A stretch of DNA of 64,000 nt from Ministeria vibrans ATCC 50519 (taxonomy: Eukaryota > Protista > Filasterea). This document shows, in pieces, positions 30,701 to 45,700 of the stretch. The stretch covers positions 1 through 64,000 of the forward strand of contig CALSCP010002427.1 in NCBI GenBank assembly GCA_943704425.1. The letters are read 5' to 3'. A model generated the notes under the pieces. It made no database searches. It was not told where the DNA came from and was given only the letters and a program-made list of their open reading frames with translations. Both the position numbers and the translations under genes were made by a program. Numbering within the stretch: the first letter of the stretch is position 1; each line of letters starts with the position of its first letter.

Positions 30701-33700
30701 GCACACCAGTCCGTTGGTGGTGCCCTTGGGACACTCGTTTGCACAGCCGTCGCCCCAGAAGCCAAAGGCACACAGACAAAAGCCCGTGTCCTGCACCGCC
30801 GTAATAAGTGCAGGCGTCGCAAACACCTCTTCGTCGCCCGTGCACGTCGGAACGCCCACCGCGTCGCTTGACACACTCGAAAAACTGTTGCCGGTGGTGT
30901 AGCGCACCTGCCAGGCAACGGCTGGCGCCGACGCATTCAAGTGCACCACAAACGCATTGGCAACGGTGCCTGCGCGGAACGTCGTCACCTGGCCTAGCGA
31001 CGCGTCGGCGCCCGTAAACCGATTCTGCGCACCCACCGCAATGGAGACCGCGTGCGCATTGTCGTTTGTGTAGCCAAACCAAACGGTGTTGACGGTGCCG
31101 TTGGAGCGCGCACAATTGACGCGCACCGTCACGGGCGATGTACCGCCCGTGATCACTCGGTCAAGCGTCGGGTTAAGGTAGTCCGTGTCGGGATTAATGG
31201 CGTCCGCAATGGGATCAAAGTAGCGTCCCTGGTTTGCAATGCACTGGATCGTACAGTGTCCCTCGCTGTAGTAGTTGGGCGCGCACACGTTGCACGAGTC
31301 CCCACCCCAGCCGGTGAGGCAGACTGTACACCCACCGCCGCCCGCGCCCGGTCCGTCCATCCAGTAGCCTTGCGATGTCGAATTGAAACAGCGACAAATG
31401 TCCTCGTTGTCGCCAACAGCCTCGCCGTGTCGACAGTGCGTCGAGCAGTCGAGTGGGAAGCCGATGTACTCGTCGAGACATCGGTCACAGTTAGGCGGCG
31501 CAAAAAATTGTCCACACTCATCGCATGCGGCGCCTCCCTTGCCATGCTCGCACACGCACTCAGGCGCCGCCGCACCCGGCAACAACGTACACACGCCCCG
31601 CCCGCTGCACGTTGGCTCGCCAGCACACACAAGCGTGCTGCAATCGTCTCCGCCAAAGCCAGGGTTGCAGATGCACTCGCTCACCGTTCCATTGCCTGTG
31701 TCCGTCACGAGACACGCACCGTGATCCGAGCAGTCCGGCTCGCCGGGACAGTCAACATTCTCGCAACGGTCGCCCGAAAATCCTTCGTTGCAGGTGCACG
31801 CGAGCACGCCCAGCACCAGACCACACGTGCCCTGGCCCGAACAGGTCGTCAGACACGACGGTCCACTGTCACACGCGTTGCACACACACACACCGCTGTC
31901 CATCGGTTCCTGCACGCCGTTACACACCGTGTCACATGCCACGCCCATGTAGCCGACATCGCAGTCGCGACACACATGCGGCTCGACGCTGCCGTCACAA
32001 GTGCCCCGTCCGTTGCAGTCAGGCGTGCCCGGACACTCGGGTGTGTTGCAGTCGTCGCCCGACCAACCTGCAAGACACATACACGTTTGCGTTCGGCCGT
32101 CGCATGTGCCGTGCCCCGAGCAGTCCTCCGTTGCGCCAGGACAGCCCGGCCGCTCACACAAATCGCCGCGATAGTCGTTGGTACACACACATACTCCCAG
32201 CGTACACGTGCCCTCGCCGCTGCACTCGGTCGTGCAGCCGGCACCGCCGTAGCACGTGTCGCAAACACACTCGTCGTTTGATGCCGATACAACACCGTTC
32301 ACGCACGCCTCATCACACGCATCGCCCATCCACGGACCCACACAATTGATGCACACGGGCACTTCGCCGGAAGTGTCGCACGTTCCGCGACCATTGCAGT
32401 CGGGCGTGCCCGGACAATCCTGCTGATTGCAGCCCTCGCCGCTCCAGCCATCATCGCACACACACAGCTGCAAAGCACCAATGCACACCCCATGACCCGA
32501 ACACGACACGCCCGTGCCGGGACACGCCTGCTCCTCGCACTGCGTGCCGCGGTAGCCACTCGTCTCAGACGAACACTCGCACACGCCCAGGGTGCACGTG
32601 CCTCGTCCCGAACACTCCACGTCACACGACACGCCCGAGTAGCATGCGTCGCACGTACACACCGTGCCGCCACTCGGACTCGTCCCATGATCACACGGGA
32701 CCTCACACGCCACGCCCATAAAGCCAGAGGCACACTCAATGCACACCGGCTCGGCACCCGATCGGTCACACGTGCCGCGACCGTTGCACTCAGGCGCACC
32801 GGGGCAGTCGGCCGAATTGCAGTCGTTGCCCGACCAGCCATCCGAGCAAATGCACACTTGTAAAGCTCCCACGCACACACCATGACCCGAACACGACAGT
32901 CCTGACACACCCGGACATGCCTGTAGCTCGCACTGGTCGCCGCGGAAGCCGCTCGTTGCCGACCCACAATCGCACACACCCACATTACACGTACCGCGCG
33001 CCGAACACTCCACGTCGCACGAGATGCCCGAGTAGCACGCGTCGCACACACACGCGCCCGCCACAACCGTGCCAAAGGCACACGTTGTCTCGCATGCGTC
33101 GCCAAAGAAGCCCGCTGCGCAGGCGGTGCACACGGGCACACCGCCACCGGACGCGTCGCATGTGCCGCGACCGTTGCAGTCGGGCGTGCCGGGACAGTCC
33201 GCAGTGTTGCAATCGGCGTCTGTCCAACCATTGTCACATTGACACTCTTGCGTCTCAGCATTACACGTGCCGTGGCTCGAACACGACACACCGCCCACAC
33301 CGGGACACCCCTGAAGCTCGCAGAGACTTCCGCGAAATCCACTTGTGTCCGACGAGCACTCGCACACACCCAAAGTGCACGTGCCTCGCCCCGAACATTC
33401 CACCGTACAACCAGCTCCCGAGTAACACGCGTCACAAGTACACACGTCGCCGCCACTCGGACTCGCGCCATTCTGACACACGTCCGCACAGGCAGGACCC
33501 ATAAAGCCGACGGCACAATCAATGCACGTCGGTACGTCGCCCGCCGTGCTACACGTACCCCGGCCGTTGCAGTTACCACCGCCAGGACACACAGCCGTCG
33601 CACAATCAACGCCACTCCAGCCGACAGAACAGTCGCACTCGCCGCGCGCCTTGTTGCACACACCGTGGCCCGAGCACCCTTGCGGACAGCTCGGCTCGTC

Positions 33701-36700
33701 ACAAAGTGCACCAGTCCAGTCGCTGTTGCACGTACACACACCCACCGAACAGGTGCCTTCGCCGCTACACTCCGTGTCACACGTCGCACCCGTGAAGCAC
33801 GCCTGGCACACACACAGCCCGTCGACAACGGCACCATTCAAACACTCGCGTCCGCAATCGTCGTCAAAGAATCCTGCGTTGCACGTGCACACATGATCAC
33901 CTCCGCACACGCCCTCCCCGCTGCAATCGTTGGGACAAGTCGCCACAGCGCAATTCGCACCGAAGAATCCCTCGTCACACACACATTCGCCAGTCTCGCC
34001 GTTGCACACACCCTGGCCGCTACAGCCGCTCGGGCAGACAGCTTCGCTGCACAGCGTCCCCGACCAGCCATCGTTACAGCCACACACGCCCACTGAACAC
34101 GTACCGTGACCGCTGCACTCCGAGTCACAACCGGCACCCGCAAAACATGGGTCGCACACACATATACCCTCGCTATTGGCCGACCCCGACACACACGGCT
34201 CGTCGCAGCCCGTGCCCATCCACGTGGGATCGCACGACACGCACAAGCTTGTGAGCGCATCACATGTGCCCTGTCCCGCACAGTCAACCGTGCCTGGGCA
34301 ATCGGGCGTCGCACAATCCGAGCCGGTCCAGCCAAAGGTACACAGGCACGCGTGCGAATTGCAATCACACGCACCGTGGCCCGAACAGTCAACGCCGCCC
34401 GTACCAGGACACGCCGCAATCTCGCACAAACTGCCGCGCCACCCTTCCTCACAATCGCACGCCGTGCCCAAGCCATTGCACACGCCGTGACCCGAACACT
34501 GATCACCGCAACGATCGCCGCCGAAACAGGCCGCACAGCTGCACGTGTCCACATCGAGCGCCGTGCCGCCATTGAGGCAACTCTGTTCACAGCCGTCTCC
34601 CAGCAACTCCGACGACGCACACGTGCACACTGGCTCAAGAGCCGTTGCCGAGTAGGCACACACACCACCCGAACACGCCGTTGGACACGAAGGGGTTGCA
34701 CAGTCAACGCCCGACCAGCGCGCATCGCAATCGCACTGCCCGCTCTCCGACACACACGCGCCGTGGGCCGAACAGTCGTTGGGACACGAACGAGTCGTGC
34801 ACAACGTACCACTCCAGCCATTGTTGCACGTGCACGTTGTACCCCCACTGCACACACCCTCGCCGCCGCACTCCACGTCGCAGCCAACCCCGCCGTAACA
34901 TGGATCACACACGCACACACCCTGCGTCACCGTACCACGGTCGCAGACGGTGCCGCAGTCGGCGCCAACTCGATCCGCCGGACATCCGGTGCACACGGGC
35001 GAGGTCTCTGTCGCGCCATCGCATACGCCCACACCACTGCAATCACCCGGGCACACTGGCGTATTGCACGCCACACCCGTCCAGCCGGCGTCACACACAC
35101 ATAATCCCGACGAGGGCACACACGAGCCATGGGCGGTGCAGTTGCAGGCGGGCTCGAGACACAGCGTTCCCGTCCAGCCAGGCGCACACACACACGCACT
35201 CGCATCACAACTGCCGTGTCCACCACACTCCGTCTCGCATTGACTGCCGCTGCGGCATGGGTCGCACGCACACGTTTCGTTGCCCTGACACGTGCCCGCC
35301 CCCGAACAGAGCGGCGCGTCCGCACAGCCACAGTCCGTACACAGACACGCGCCAGCATAGTCGCACTCGCTGCAACCCACACACGTATGTTCGCAATCCA
35401 CACCACCAAACCCAGCGTTGCATACACACTGGCCAGTACTGTCACACACACCGTTGCCGTTTGTGCACGCCGTCGCGGGACAGTGTATCTCGCACGTCAC
35501 TCCCAAATAGTCGGCGTCGCACACGCACGTGCCGTTCGCCCGTGGCGTGCCGTTACCATTGCACACGGGTCCGGTCAGACACACCGACCCGTCACCTCCA
35601 ACACCCGCACCCACGCCACCTGCCGCACCGCCGGTCGCTAGGATACTCACACCCAAATAGGCAAATGCATCACCAGGCGCAAATACCGCCACGCGCCCGC
35701 CTGCACCGCCCGCTCCCTGTTGCGCTCCCGAAACACCACCAGCGCCACCGCGGGCACTCACCGTGCCGTACCCAACAATCTCAAGGGCGTCGAGCCACGC
35801 CGAACCACCACTCCCACCGCCGCCGGCCGCGGTGGCCGCGACACCATCTACATTCACTTGTCCCTGCACGTCAATGCGTGTCTCCGCGACAACATGAACG
35901 GCGGCGCCACCGTCGCCACCGCCCGTTGGACCGCCACGACTGCCCGCAAGCAAAGGCTGGCACGCCACTCCGTACGTGCCGCCCACGGTACCTGCCGACT
36001 GCGAACACCCCACGCCGCCAACACCGCCGTGTCCCGCACCCGAACCTCCGCTGCATCCGCCCCCGCCCCCACTGTTGGTGGCGGGCGCCGTGCCGTCCAC
36101 ATCGCTTGTGCCACCTAGCGTTCCCTGGCGTTCAATCGACAGCGTTTCCGTGTACACCGTCAATGGATCGCTGGCAGTGCACACACCCGCATGCGCAACG
36201 CGTACCGTCCCTGCACGAATCGTACCCTCGACCGTCAGCGTGCCCGATACCACCAGCGACGTGGCAAATGCATGGCTGTTTGCGGCCAGCGTCAGCGTAC
36301 CAGCCACTTCGAGACGGTCCACGCCGCGCAAATTACCCTGCACATCCCACGTGCGTGACACAGGCACAGTCGCGGTCAGACTTGCACGGGCACTTGCCGC
36401 CGAGTCAAACACCAGCTCGCCCGTCGCGGCAACCGTCACGTCCACGCCGCGCACCAGGCCAAAGGTAAATATCGTGCCAGCGTCGACAATCACGCGGGAG
36501 CCACTGTCGTCACCCCACACCTCGTCGACGTCCATCGACGTGCCCTGCACCGTGGCCTGGCCCAAAAGCACAAGGCTCACAAGGCCCACACCTGATTCAA
36601 GCGCCACAGTACGTGTCAGGCCTGCATTGCCATTGTCAATTGTCACCTGCGACGCGTGCGCCTCATACACAGTGCCGCCGCCGCCGGACTGCGCCGACGC

Positions 36701-39700
36701 GCCATGCTGACCACCCAAAGCGGTGAACTGTCCGTACCAGCCGGAGCGGCCACGCGTCACCGTCAGCGACACACGACCACCCGAGCCACCGCCACCTGTC
36801 GTCTGGCCCAGACCACCGTCGCAGCGAAGTACACCTCGGCCAATCAGTGACGAGGCACTCACCAGCACAGAACCACCGGCACCACCACCGGCACGATTGG
36901 AAGAGGCAGCCTCGCCTTGCGCGCCAAGTGTACCATCCACGCGAACCGTGGTGGCATCAACTCGAATCGCTCCGCCTCCAGCACCTCCACCCGAATTGCC
37001 TCCACCGCTGCCCACCGTCACGGGCGTCACCATGGAGCCATACGCAATACCGGCAGCAGGCGAGCCCGTCAACGAACCACCTTGAGACCCGTGACCACCA
37101 CCACTGGCATTCGTGCCGTCGCCACCCGCACCACTGCCAGACTGAGCCGCGTCCCCACGACCGTCCGCCTCAATGGTCGCGGTTGCCTCGACAACAATAC
37201 TCTCTGCGCGCACATGCATCTGCGAGACACTCAGTGTCGTGCCGTGACGCACGTCAAGCAGCGACACCGACAGTGACATCGCATCGCCAACGAGCGACAC
37301 CGTTGCCGTCGACGCAAGCGTCAACGACGACAGCACAATCGCACCGCCGTTGGTGGTCGCCTCCATCTCGACTGTTGCGCCCCGGCTCACCATCACATGA
37401 TCCCACTCTAATATTTGCCCCAACAACGACAACGTCACGCCGTCCACCACACTCGTCAGGTGCGGCAAGTGCAGCAGCCCATTGTCGAGCACATTCACGT
37501 TAACTCGCAGCGCTTGGGCAAGTCCATTCACCACCAGACGCTCCGAGGCGGCCACTTGAATCGAAGCAGTCGTGTCGCCCGACAGTGTCGTCACCGTCAG
37601 AACCGTTGAAGCATCCGCAAGTGTCACCGCAGCCGCACCGCCCAGATACAGAGCGTCGTAGGTGCCGCTTGACATTTCTGTCGTTGCCGAGGCGCTCGTA
37701 CGTCCTCCATTGTCGACGATGACAACCGTCACGGACTCGTGTTGCAGCGCCACCGTGCCCGCTGCTCCATTGTTCGACGTGCCTGCACCGCCATACGCCG
37801 TCTGCAAACCAGCGTAGGCAAGAAGCGTCGTGGCGCGCAGCGACACTCGGCCGCCTCGACCACCATTGTCGCCCGCACCACCGTCCGCACGAATCTCACC
37901 AGACCAGCCGTCCACTTGAGCGGCCGTTAGCCACACCGAACCGGCATGGCCTCCGTCGGAGCCACCGGCGGTCGCCGAGATGCCACTTGCACTCACAACA
38001 CCATTGATGCGAACGAGCGTGCCCGCATGAACCGCAATCGCACCGCCACCCGACCCGCCCGACCCACCCGAGCCGCTCGCGCCCAGCTGTGTCGGCTCCA
38101 GCACAGAGTCTGTGCCTGCACCACCCTCACTGCCCAGTTCCACACGTCCGCCGTGCTCCACCGCAAATGTACCGCATGTCACGGCGAGCGACTCGACTCC
38201 GACGGCGGTTAGCGTCGCGCCAGACTCAATCAAAATCGACGCGACCGTCAGCTGTGCCGTCGCCGCACCGTGTCCCATCCGAGCGCCGTCCACGAGACGA
38301 AGCTGTGCGTACGTCGCATTGCCATCCAACAAGACGTTGGCCGCCGCGCCCACCGTGAGGTATCGCAACGTGCTCGAAATAGCACCAGGCGTGAGCACAT
38401 TGTCGCCAAGAAGGCGTGCCGTCGAAGGTAGCATGAGTGTCGCCGAAGCGTTGGTCATGCGGAAACGTACGCCACCCACAAACGGCACGTCGTCCGTCTG
38501 TTGCACCATCAGCGTGTGCGTCCGATCAAGACGAAACATTCCCGTGCCGTCGCCGCCAAGGTGCTGCTCAATGCTGAGCGACGCCGTTTCGTCCGCAAGC
38601 AACACATCTGCTCCTCCGCGCAAATACAGCGCTTGGTACACACCCGCCTCGAGTGGCGTCGTGGCATTCGTGTTCAAACTCGCACGATCAACCACCACCA
38701 CGGGCGATTGTGCGCCCGTCTTGGTGTACACCGTGCCCGCTCCACCGTCGCTCACACCGCCCGTGCCACCCACGGCCGTCAAAGTTCCCTCAAAGGTGCC
38801 CGATCCCGCAACAATAGCCACGCGACCTCCTGCACCGCCAAAGGTACTCTCGGCCGCACCATCGACACGCACCGCACCGTCACCAGCAATTCTGCCTGCT
38901 TCGACAAAGACCGAACCGCCCGCGCCACCGCCGTTAGCCTCGCCGGATGCCAACACGGAGCCATCAAGCTGGAACAGTTCACACACATCGACATGTACGA
39001 CGCCACCGCCATTGCCACTTTCACCTCCTTCACCACGCGTCTCCGGTGCCGACATCGATCCGAACGCGTCCGCACCGTCCGCGGCGCCATTCGCGCCGTG
39101 AGCCGCTCCACCGTTGACGCGTGACACAGCTGTGTCACCGCTTCCACGCGCGTCCACAACAGCCTCAGGCTCGAGCCACAGCCGCTGTGCCTCAAGTGTC
39201 AACAGACTGCCCGACGTGACCAGGGACGATCCCTGTTCGAGGTGCATCTCATTTGTGCTCACTCGCAGGTGTTCGCCCAGTGCATGCGTCAACGTCAAGG
39301 TCGCGTCCCCACCCAAAGTCAGCGAAGCAAAGGTCACATTGCCCGCTTCGGTAGCGTGCTGAACGATGCTGCCACCGTTCTCCTCGACGCGCGTTGTCGC
39401 TGTCAGCGCAACATCAAGCGCCGTCAACACAGTCAGCTCACGCACACCAGTCAGGCAACCCTGCCAGTCATTGGCGGCGGAGGTGAAGCGCACGTGCGGC
39501 GGCAATACCAGCTCGCCGCCGTCCTCAACGTCCAGGCGCCACGGGATGTTTACCGTCAGCGACGTTTGCGTCTCGTGTCCAAGGCGCACACGCTCGCTTG
39601 CCGACACCACAAGTGTCGCCGTGCCAGCGCCCGTAGCCGTTTTCAGCACATCCAGAGTTGCATTGCCTGCCACACTCAGGACGGCCGTGCCCTGCAGCAC

Positions 39701-42700
39701 AATATGGTCCACTTCCATTGAGTCCAGCGACGTCTGCACTCCGGGCCCAAGCGTCACGCGTTCTGCATTGTCGACATAGAGCCAACGTACTGTGGGCACC
39801 AATTCGCCGGCGACAAGAGCGCGCGCGTCCACACCACGTGGCGTATTCTCAAGGTAGACCGTGCCGGCCGCTCCTGCTGCTCCTGCCGTATCGCCACCGT
39901 ACGCCTCCCAGCTGCCATGGTAGCCGCTGCTCGTGCCGTTCAGCAAGAGCGACACGCGACCACCCGTGCCGCCAAGTGTGCCACCCACGCCGCCCGTTGC
40001 CGATATTACACCGCTCGGCATGCCGCGGAGGGACGTCGCCGTCAACAGTACCGCACCCCCGTCGCCGCCACTGGTCGCCGCAACACCACCCGCCGACGTC
40101 AGCATCCCGTCCACTTGAGCCTCTGTGGCCACCAACAGTCGGAGAACTCCGCCGCCAGCACCACCCGATCCGGCGGCCGTTGGCCAACGCACCGATGTGA
40201 ATGCCGAATTTACGGGAACCGTCGAGCCGCGCGACACGGTCGAAATAGACCCGTCCACAGCAACGACAAGAGCGTTCGCCTGCACCACAAGCTCGTCGGC
40301 ATACACATTTGCGCTGCGTCGCACCTCAAATGTGCCCACCTTAAGAAGCGCACCGCCATCGTCAACTGTCAGCGTTGAGCTTGTCTCCAGTCGTAACAAC
40401 GCCATCGACACAAGGCCCGTCGAGTTGCCAAGTTCCACTTGGACACTGCCGTCCAGCGTCAAATGCGTCACGCCCGTGAGCGTGCCACGGAACGCATACG
40501 GGGCAGTCGGAACACGAAAGGTCGTGTGCGCCGGAAGCACGAGCGCCGCATCAAGATCCACCTCAAAGACCACTTGAGCATCGGTAGCCGTCTCGGCATG
40601 CATCGTTTGCAGACGCTGTACATGTAGCCAGCCAGTGCCGTCGCCCGTGAGCAGACGCGCCTCAAGCACGTCGCCCTCGAGAGACGAATGTACCTCGACA
40701 GCCGCACCGCCCACAATCGATAGCTCGTCAAAGACATAGCGTGCGGGTGTCACGGCCGCTCCGTTCACGCGCGTCGCCGTATCGTTGAACGCATGGACGA
40801 CACGCAATGCCGAACCACCACCGTCGACACGCAAGAAATTGCGAGTGATAAGCGAGCCGGCCTCGACGTACTCACGATAAAGCGTTCCCGCACCGCCCTG
40901 TGACTGTCCACCGCTGCCACCCGCACTCGAGTACGTACCCGAGAAGGTCAGCAGTCCTGTCGTCAACACCGCAATGCGTCCACCCGAGCCACCGCCCGCC
41001 GAGCCACCAGGGGCCGCGCCGCCATCCGCAGTCACAGTGCCCACACCCGCAAAATTCACCGCCTCAATAAAGACACTGCCGCCCGAACCGCCCCCACCCG
41101 ATCCGGTGGCAGGCTCACCCTGTACTGTCAGCGTGCCGTCGACAGTCATTCGCTCGGCGACTGTCACCCGCACAGCGCCGCCGCCTGTGCCACCCGTGCC
41201 ACCACCGCCGGCACTGCCAGGCAACACAGGCGCATACAACGATCCGTATGCGTCACCGCCCACACCCGACAAACTGGCACCACCTGCCGACGCGTGTCCT
41301 GCGCCATCGCCCGTACTTGCCCCATCACCCAGGTGGGTCGTCGTCAGTCCATTCCCTGACATGTCCAGTGACGCACTTACATCAATAGTCACTGTAGTGG
41401 CGCTCACCGTGAGCGTGTTCGCTGCCACAAGCGTCGACCCTTGCTCCAGCGACAGTTGTGCCACATTGAGGGTGTGCGGACCCACCGTAAAGGTGAGTGT
41501 GCCCGTCTCGCCCACGGTCAATTGCGCCAGGCGCACCTCACCCGTGGCAGTCGCCTCCTCCCCAACTCTTGCCATTGCACCAACCGTCACCGTGCGTCCC
41601 GTGTCCACTACGAGCGAGACCACCCCCTCGATGTAGCCGTTAAGGGTCACGAGGCTCGACGTGCTCACAAGCACGCTGCGCGGAAGCGTCAGCGTACCAT
41701 TCACATCGACCGTCACGCGCGTGTCCAACACCATCTCGGACTCAGCACCCTCCACCGCCTCAAGAGTCACCGCCTGATCCGTGCGTACATGGATGAGACC
41801 AGTGCCGTCGCCACACACATCTCGCACGTCCACCACTACGTTGGCGCCCGTAAACTCGATGGCTGCCTGACGCACAAGACACAGCTCGTCGAACGCGTTG
41901 GTCCACTCGTCCACCAACACCGTTTGCGTCACTGCACCCAGCGACTGATCAATGGCCAGACGACGGAACACCACCTCGTCACGCGTGTCCGCCACATACA
42001 CGGTGCCCGCACCACCGCGTGTCGACGTGCCCGAACCACCAGAGTCACCACCAAGGGCGGCGTACGTGCCGGTAAAGGTCCGAGCATCTGACGCCACGTG
42101 CACCGCTACACGGCCGCCCGCACCACCTCCAGTCGCGACGCCCGCATCGCCCGCACCACCCGATGCGCTCACCAAACCAATGCCACTCAAAGCCTCAGTC
42201 GTGAGCCACAATGAACCACCGCTGCCGCCGCCACCCGACGAACTCGCCGCGGCCGCAGCTCCATCACTCGACAGTGTGCCATCAACGACAATCTCTGAAC
42301 CAGCTTGCACGCGCAAAATACCACCTCCAATGCCGCCCGCTTGCGCGCCGCTGCCGCCCGCACTTCCCGATAGTGACGGCGCCGTCATCGAGCCGTACGC
42401 GACGCCACCTGCCGTGCCCGCGTTTGAGCCAACGCCACCCGTTGAAGCGTGTCCGCCGCCCGCGCCACCTTGCGTTCGCGACGTTCCTTCGCCCAAACCC
42501 GAACCAAGCGCCACGCCAAGTCCATCAGTGTTGATCCTCGCACCCGAGTCGACCACAAGCGTGCCCACCGTCACATTGAAGTGACGCGCCACCACACTCG
42601 CATCGTGGTTTACATGCCACTCACTCACGGTCAATGACGCCTCCATGTCGCTCGCAAACGTCACCTGACCCGCTCGCTTCACGGTCCACTCCGAAAATTG

Positions 42701-45700
42701 CAGCGCGCTCGCGGGGGTCGTCAAAGCACCCGGCGGCGACGTCTGACACGTCGCCTCCACCTCCATCGTGGCAGTCGCGCCCACACGTAACTGACGCACG
42801 CCGTCAAGTCGACCGGCGAGCTGCAACGCAGGCGTGAGCGTGCCTGAGAGCGTCAGACTCGACGCAGCAGTGAGTACGCCCCCGTCGCGAACGTGAACGT
42901 TGACGGGCGGCGCCGCCCACGCGTCGACGGCCGCCACGAACGTCTGGTTGGCGTTCACCGTCACGAGTCCCGAACGATCACCCGTAATGGTGGTCGCCGT
43001 CAACGTCGCCGCGGATCCGTCCTCGTCCACCTCGATGTGCGCGCGTCGCTCGAGATGTAACACGTCAAAGGCATGTGCTGTCACCGTCGAGTTGGAGCCA
43101 AGAGCAACGGTAAGCGCCACAGATCGATCGGCATTGTCAACACGCAGCTCACGATGTGCCACAATAGCTCGCTTGTCTTCAAGGTACACCGTGCCAGGAC
43201 CCCCATCACCACCCGTGCCGCTGCCCGCTCCTCCTATTGCTGACAAGGCAAAGTCGGTGCTGGCAGGTGTCGCACCAGCCACCACAATGGCAATGCGTCC
43301 CGCCGAACCACCACCACCGCCGCCCGTACCCCCCGCACCGCCGTCTACGCTGACTGCGCCAAAGCCAGTCACCAAGGGTGCCGTAACATACACACTACCG
43401 CCACTGCCACCGCCCGCATTGCTCGCAATACTTGCGGGAGCTCCGCCCGCACACGTTATCGTCCCATCAAGGCTCAGCTCGACCGCCACATCCACAAGAA
43501 CACTGCCACCTCCCGCACCACCAGTCTGTGCACCGCTTCCCGGTGCACCCGCACCGCCGTCCAGCACAGGAGCGTACAATGTACCGTGCGCCACACCGCC
43601 CGCAACAACCCCACTCGAGGCGGTGCCGCCGCTCGACGCGTGTCCTGCGCCCGAACTTGTTCCGCCCGCAGCGCTCGCCGTGATCTGCTCCGCCGTGGTC
43701 ACAGTGCCAGACACATCCAATGTGTCACCCAGCACACTCAGTGACACACACGTGACCGTCGCTCCGTGTTCAACATACGCAGAGCCCACGTCGAGCGTCA
43801 CCCGACCCGCCTGCATTGTGGCGCCGCTCGACAAATCAAGCGAGGCGAGGCGCAGCGTGCTCGCAGCACCCACAAACACGTTTGTATCGTTCTGTGCCAG
43901 GGCATTATGGCCCGCATCGCCCAGAACAAACGCACGCGACTCCTCCACGAGCATGTCGACGACACCGCTCAGACGACCGTGCAACGTCAGTCCGTCAAAT
44001 TCGGCGGCCACACGCAACGTCGTCGCCATCACTGCCTCACCGTCCACGTCCACAATCAGGTTTGCTTGCAGTCGCGTGACGGTGCGCGCCGACGTTCGCG
44101 TCTCCACACGCACCACTTGTTGCGCATGAACCTGCAATTGTCCCGACCCGTCACTCACCAACGACGCAATGGTCACGTCGGTCGCCACGGCATCGTTCAC
44201 AAACTCGAGACTACCGCCACGCAGCAGCTCGACACGGTCAAAGGTAAATTCACGCACACCTGTCTCGTCCACTGTGACCACCTGCGACACGGCACGACCG
44301 CCATTGTCAATGCGTAGTTCGCGCTCCTCGCCTGTGCTTAGATACACCGTGCCGGCGCCTCCTGCACCGCCATTGCCAGAACCCTCTCCGCCAAGTGCGG
44401 TGTAGGTACCGGTGAAGGAATTGCTCTGAGTCGCCACCACCGCAATGCGACCGCCCGCTCCGCCACCAGAGTCAAGACCATCACCAGCGGCTCCCGTCGC
44501 GTCCAATGTGCCAATACCCGTCAGCACGGGCGCAGTTACAAACAGACTGCCTGCCGAACCACCGCCGGCCCCCGTACCATTCATGCCTACACCAATGGCA
44601 CCCGACACCGTCACGGTACCATCCACTCGAACAGTGCCGCTCGCATCGATGCGAACAATACCACCACCACGACCGCCTTGTGCCAGGACACCTTCGCCAT
44701 CGCCGCCGTGGCTACCCGCCGACGAGGGTGCCAACATCGAACCGTGCGCCACACCACCAGCGAGCGCTCCACCCGCCGCTGCAGTACCTCCAATAGACGC
44801 GTGGCCTCCGCCGCTGCCGCCCACGCCCGCGCTGTCGACACCCCGACCAACGGCACTCTGGCCGCCACGACCAGCCGCCGTCAGTATACCCCCGCTTTCA
44901 ATAAGCACGTCCGTGGCCGACACATTAAAGAGATCGGCCGCCACGGTGGCGCCATGGCGCACCGTCAGCGTGCCCACCGATAGCTGCAAGTTGCTCTCCA
45001 CGGTCACTCGGCCCGTGCCACTCAGCGTCATCGTTGCAAACAAATGAGCACCCGCGCCCGGCATGTATTCCTCAATGCCACTTTCGGCAAGCGAGCCAAG
45101 CACAAGCGAACCGCCGCGAATCACCGACAGACTGCGTGTGCCCAACAGCGTGCCCGACAACAACAAGGTGGTGCCATTCACAACTAGCGTCGGCGGCACC
45201 ACCAGAGTCGCGCCCAAATCCACCTCGAGATTGACACTGGTATGCAACGCACCGCCACCCTCGTCCGTTGCCTGCAAATGCAGCGCCTGGCCAGGTGTCG
45301 CATGCACATGTCCCGTGGTATCGCCAACCACCGAAAGTGTGTAGAGTGCATCGCCCGAATACACCAAGCGCGCTCCACCGGCCACCACCAAGGCATCCAG
45401 GGTGAAATTGGTCACACCCGTCGACTGTACCAACGTCACTTCGGTCGTTGGTGCACCGCCATTGTGCACCGACAGGTACTGATGGTCGCTGGCCGTGAGC
45501 AAATCCGATCGAATATAGACGGTTCCCGCCGCTCCGGCCGTCCCCGTGCCCGACGTCACTCCACCACTCGCACCAAAGGTTCCCGTAAAGTCGCCCCAGC
45601 CACCTTGCAGTCGCACTCCAATGCGTCCACCACTGCCACCATTGCCGTCGCCCGACGCTTCGCCACCACGTACGTCCAGCACACCAATGCCAGACAGCGT

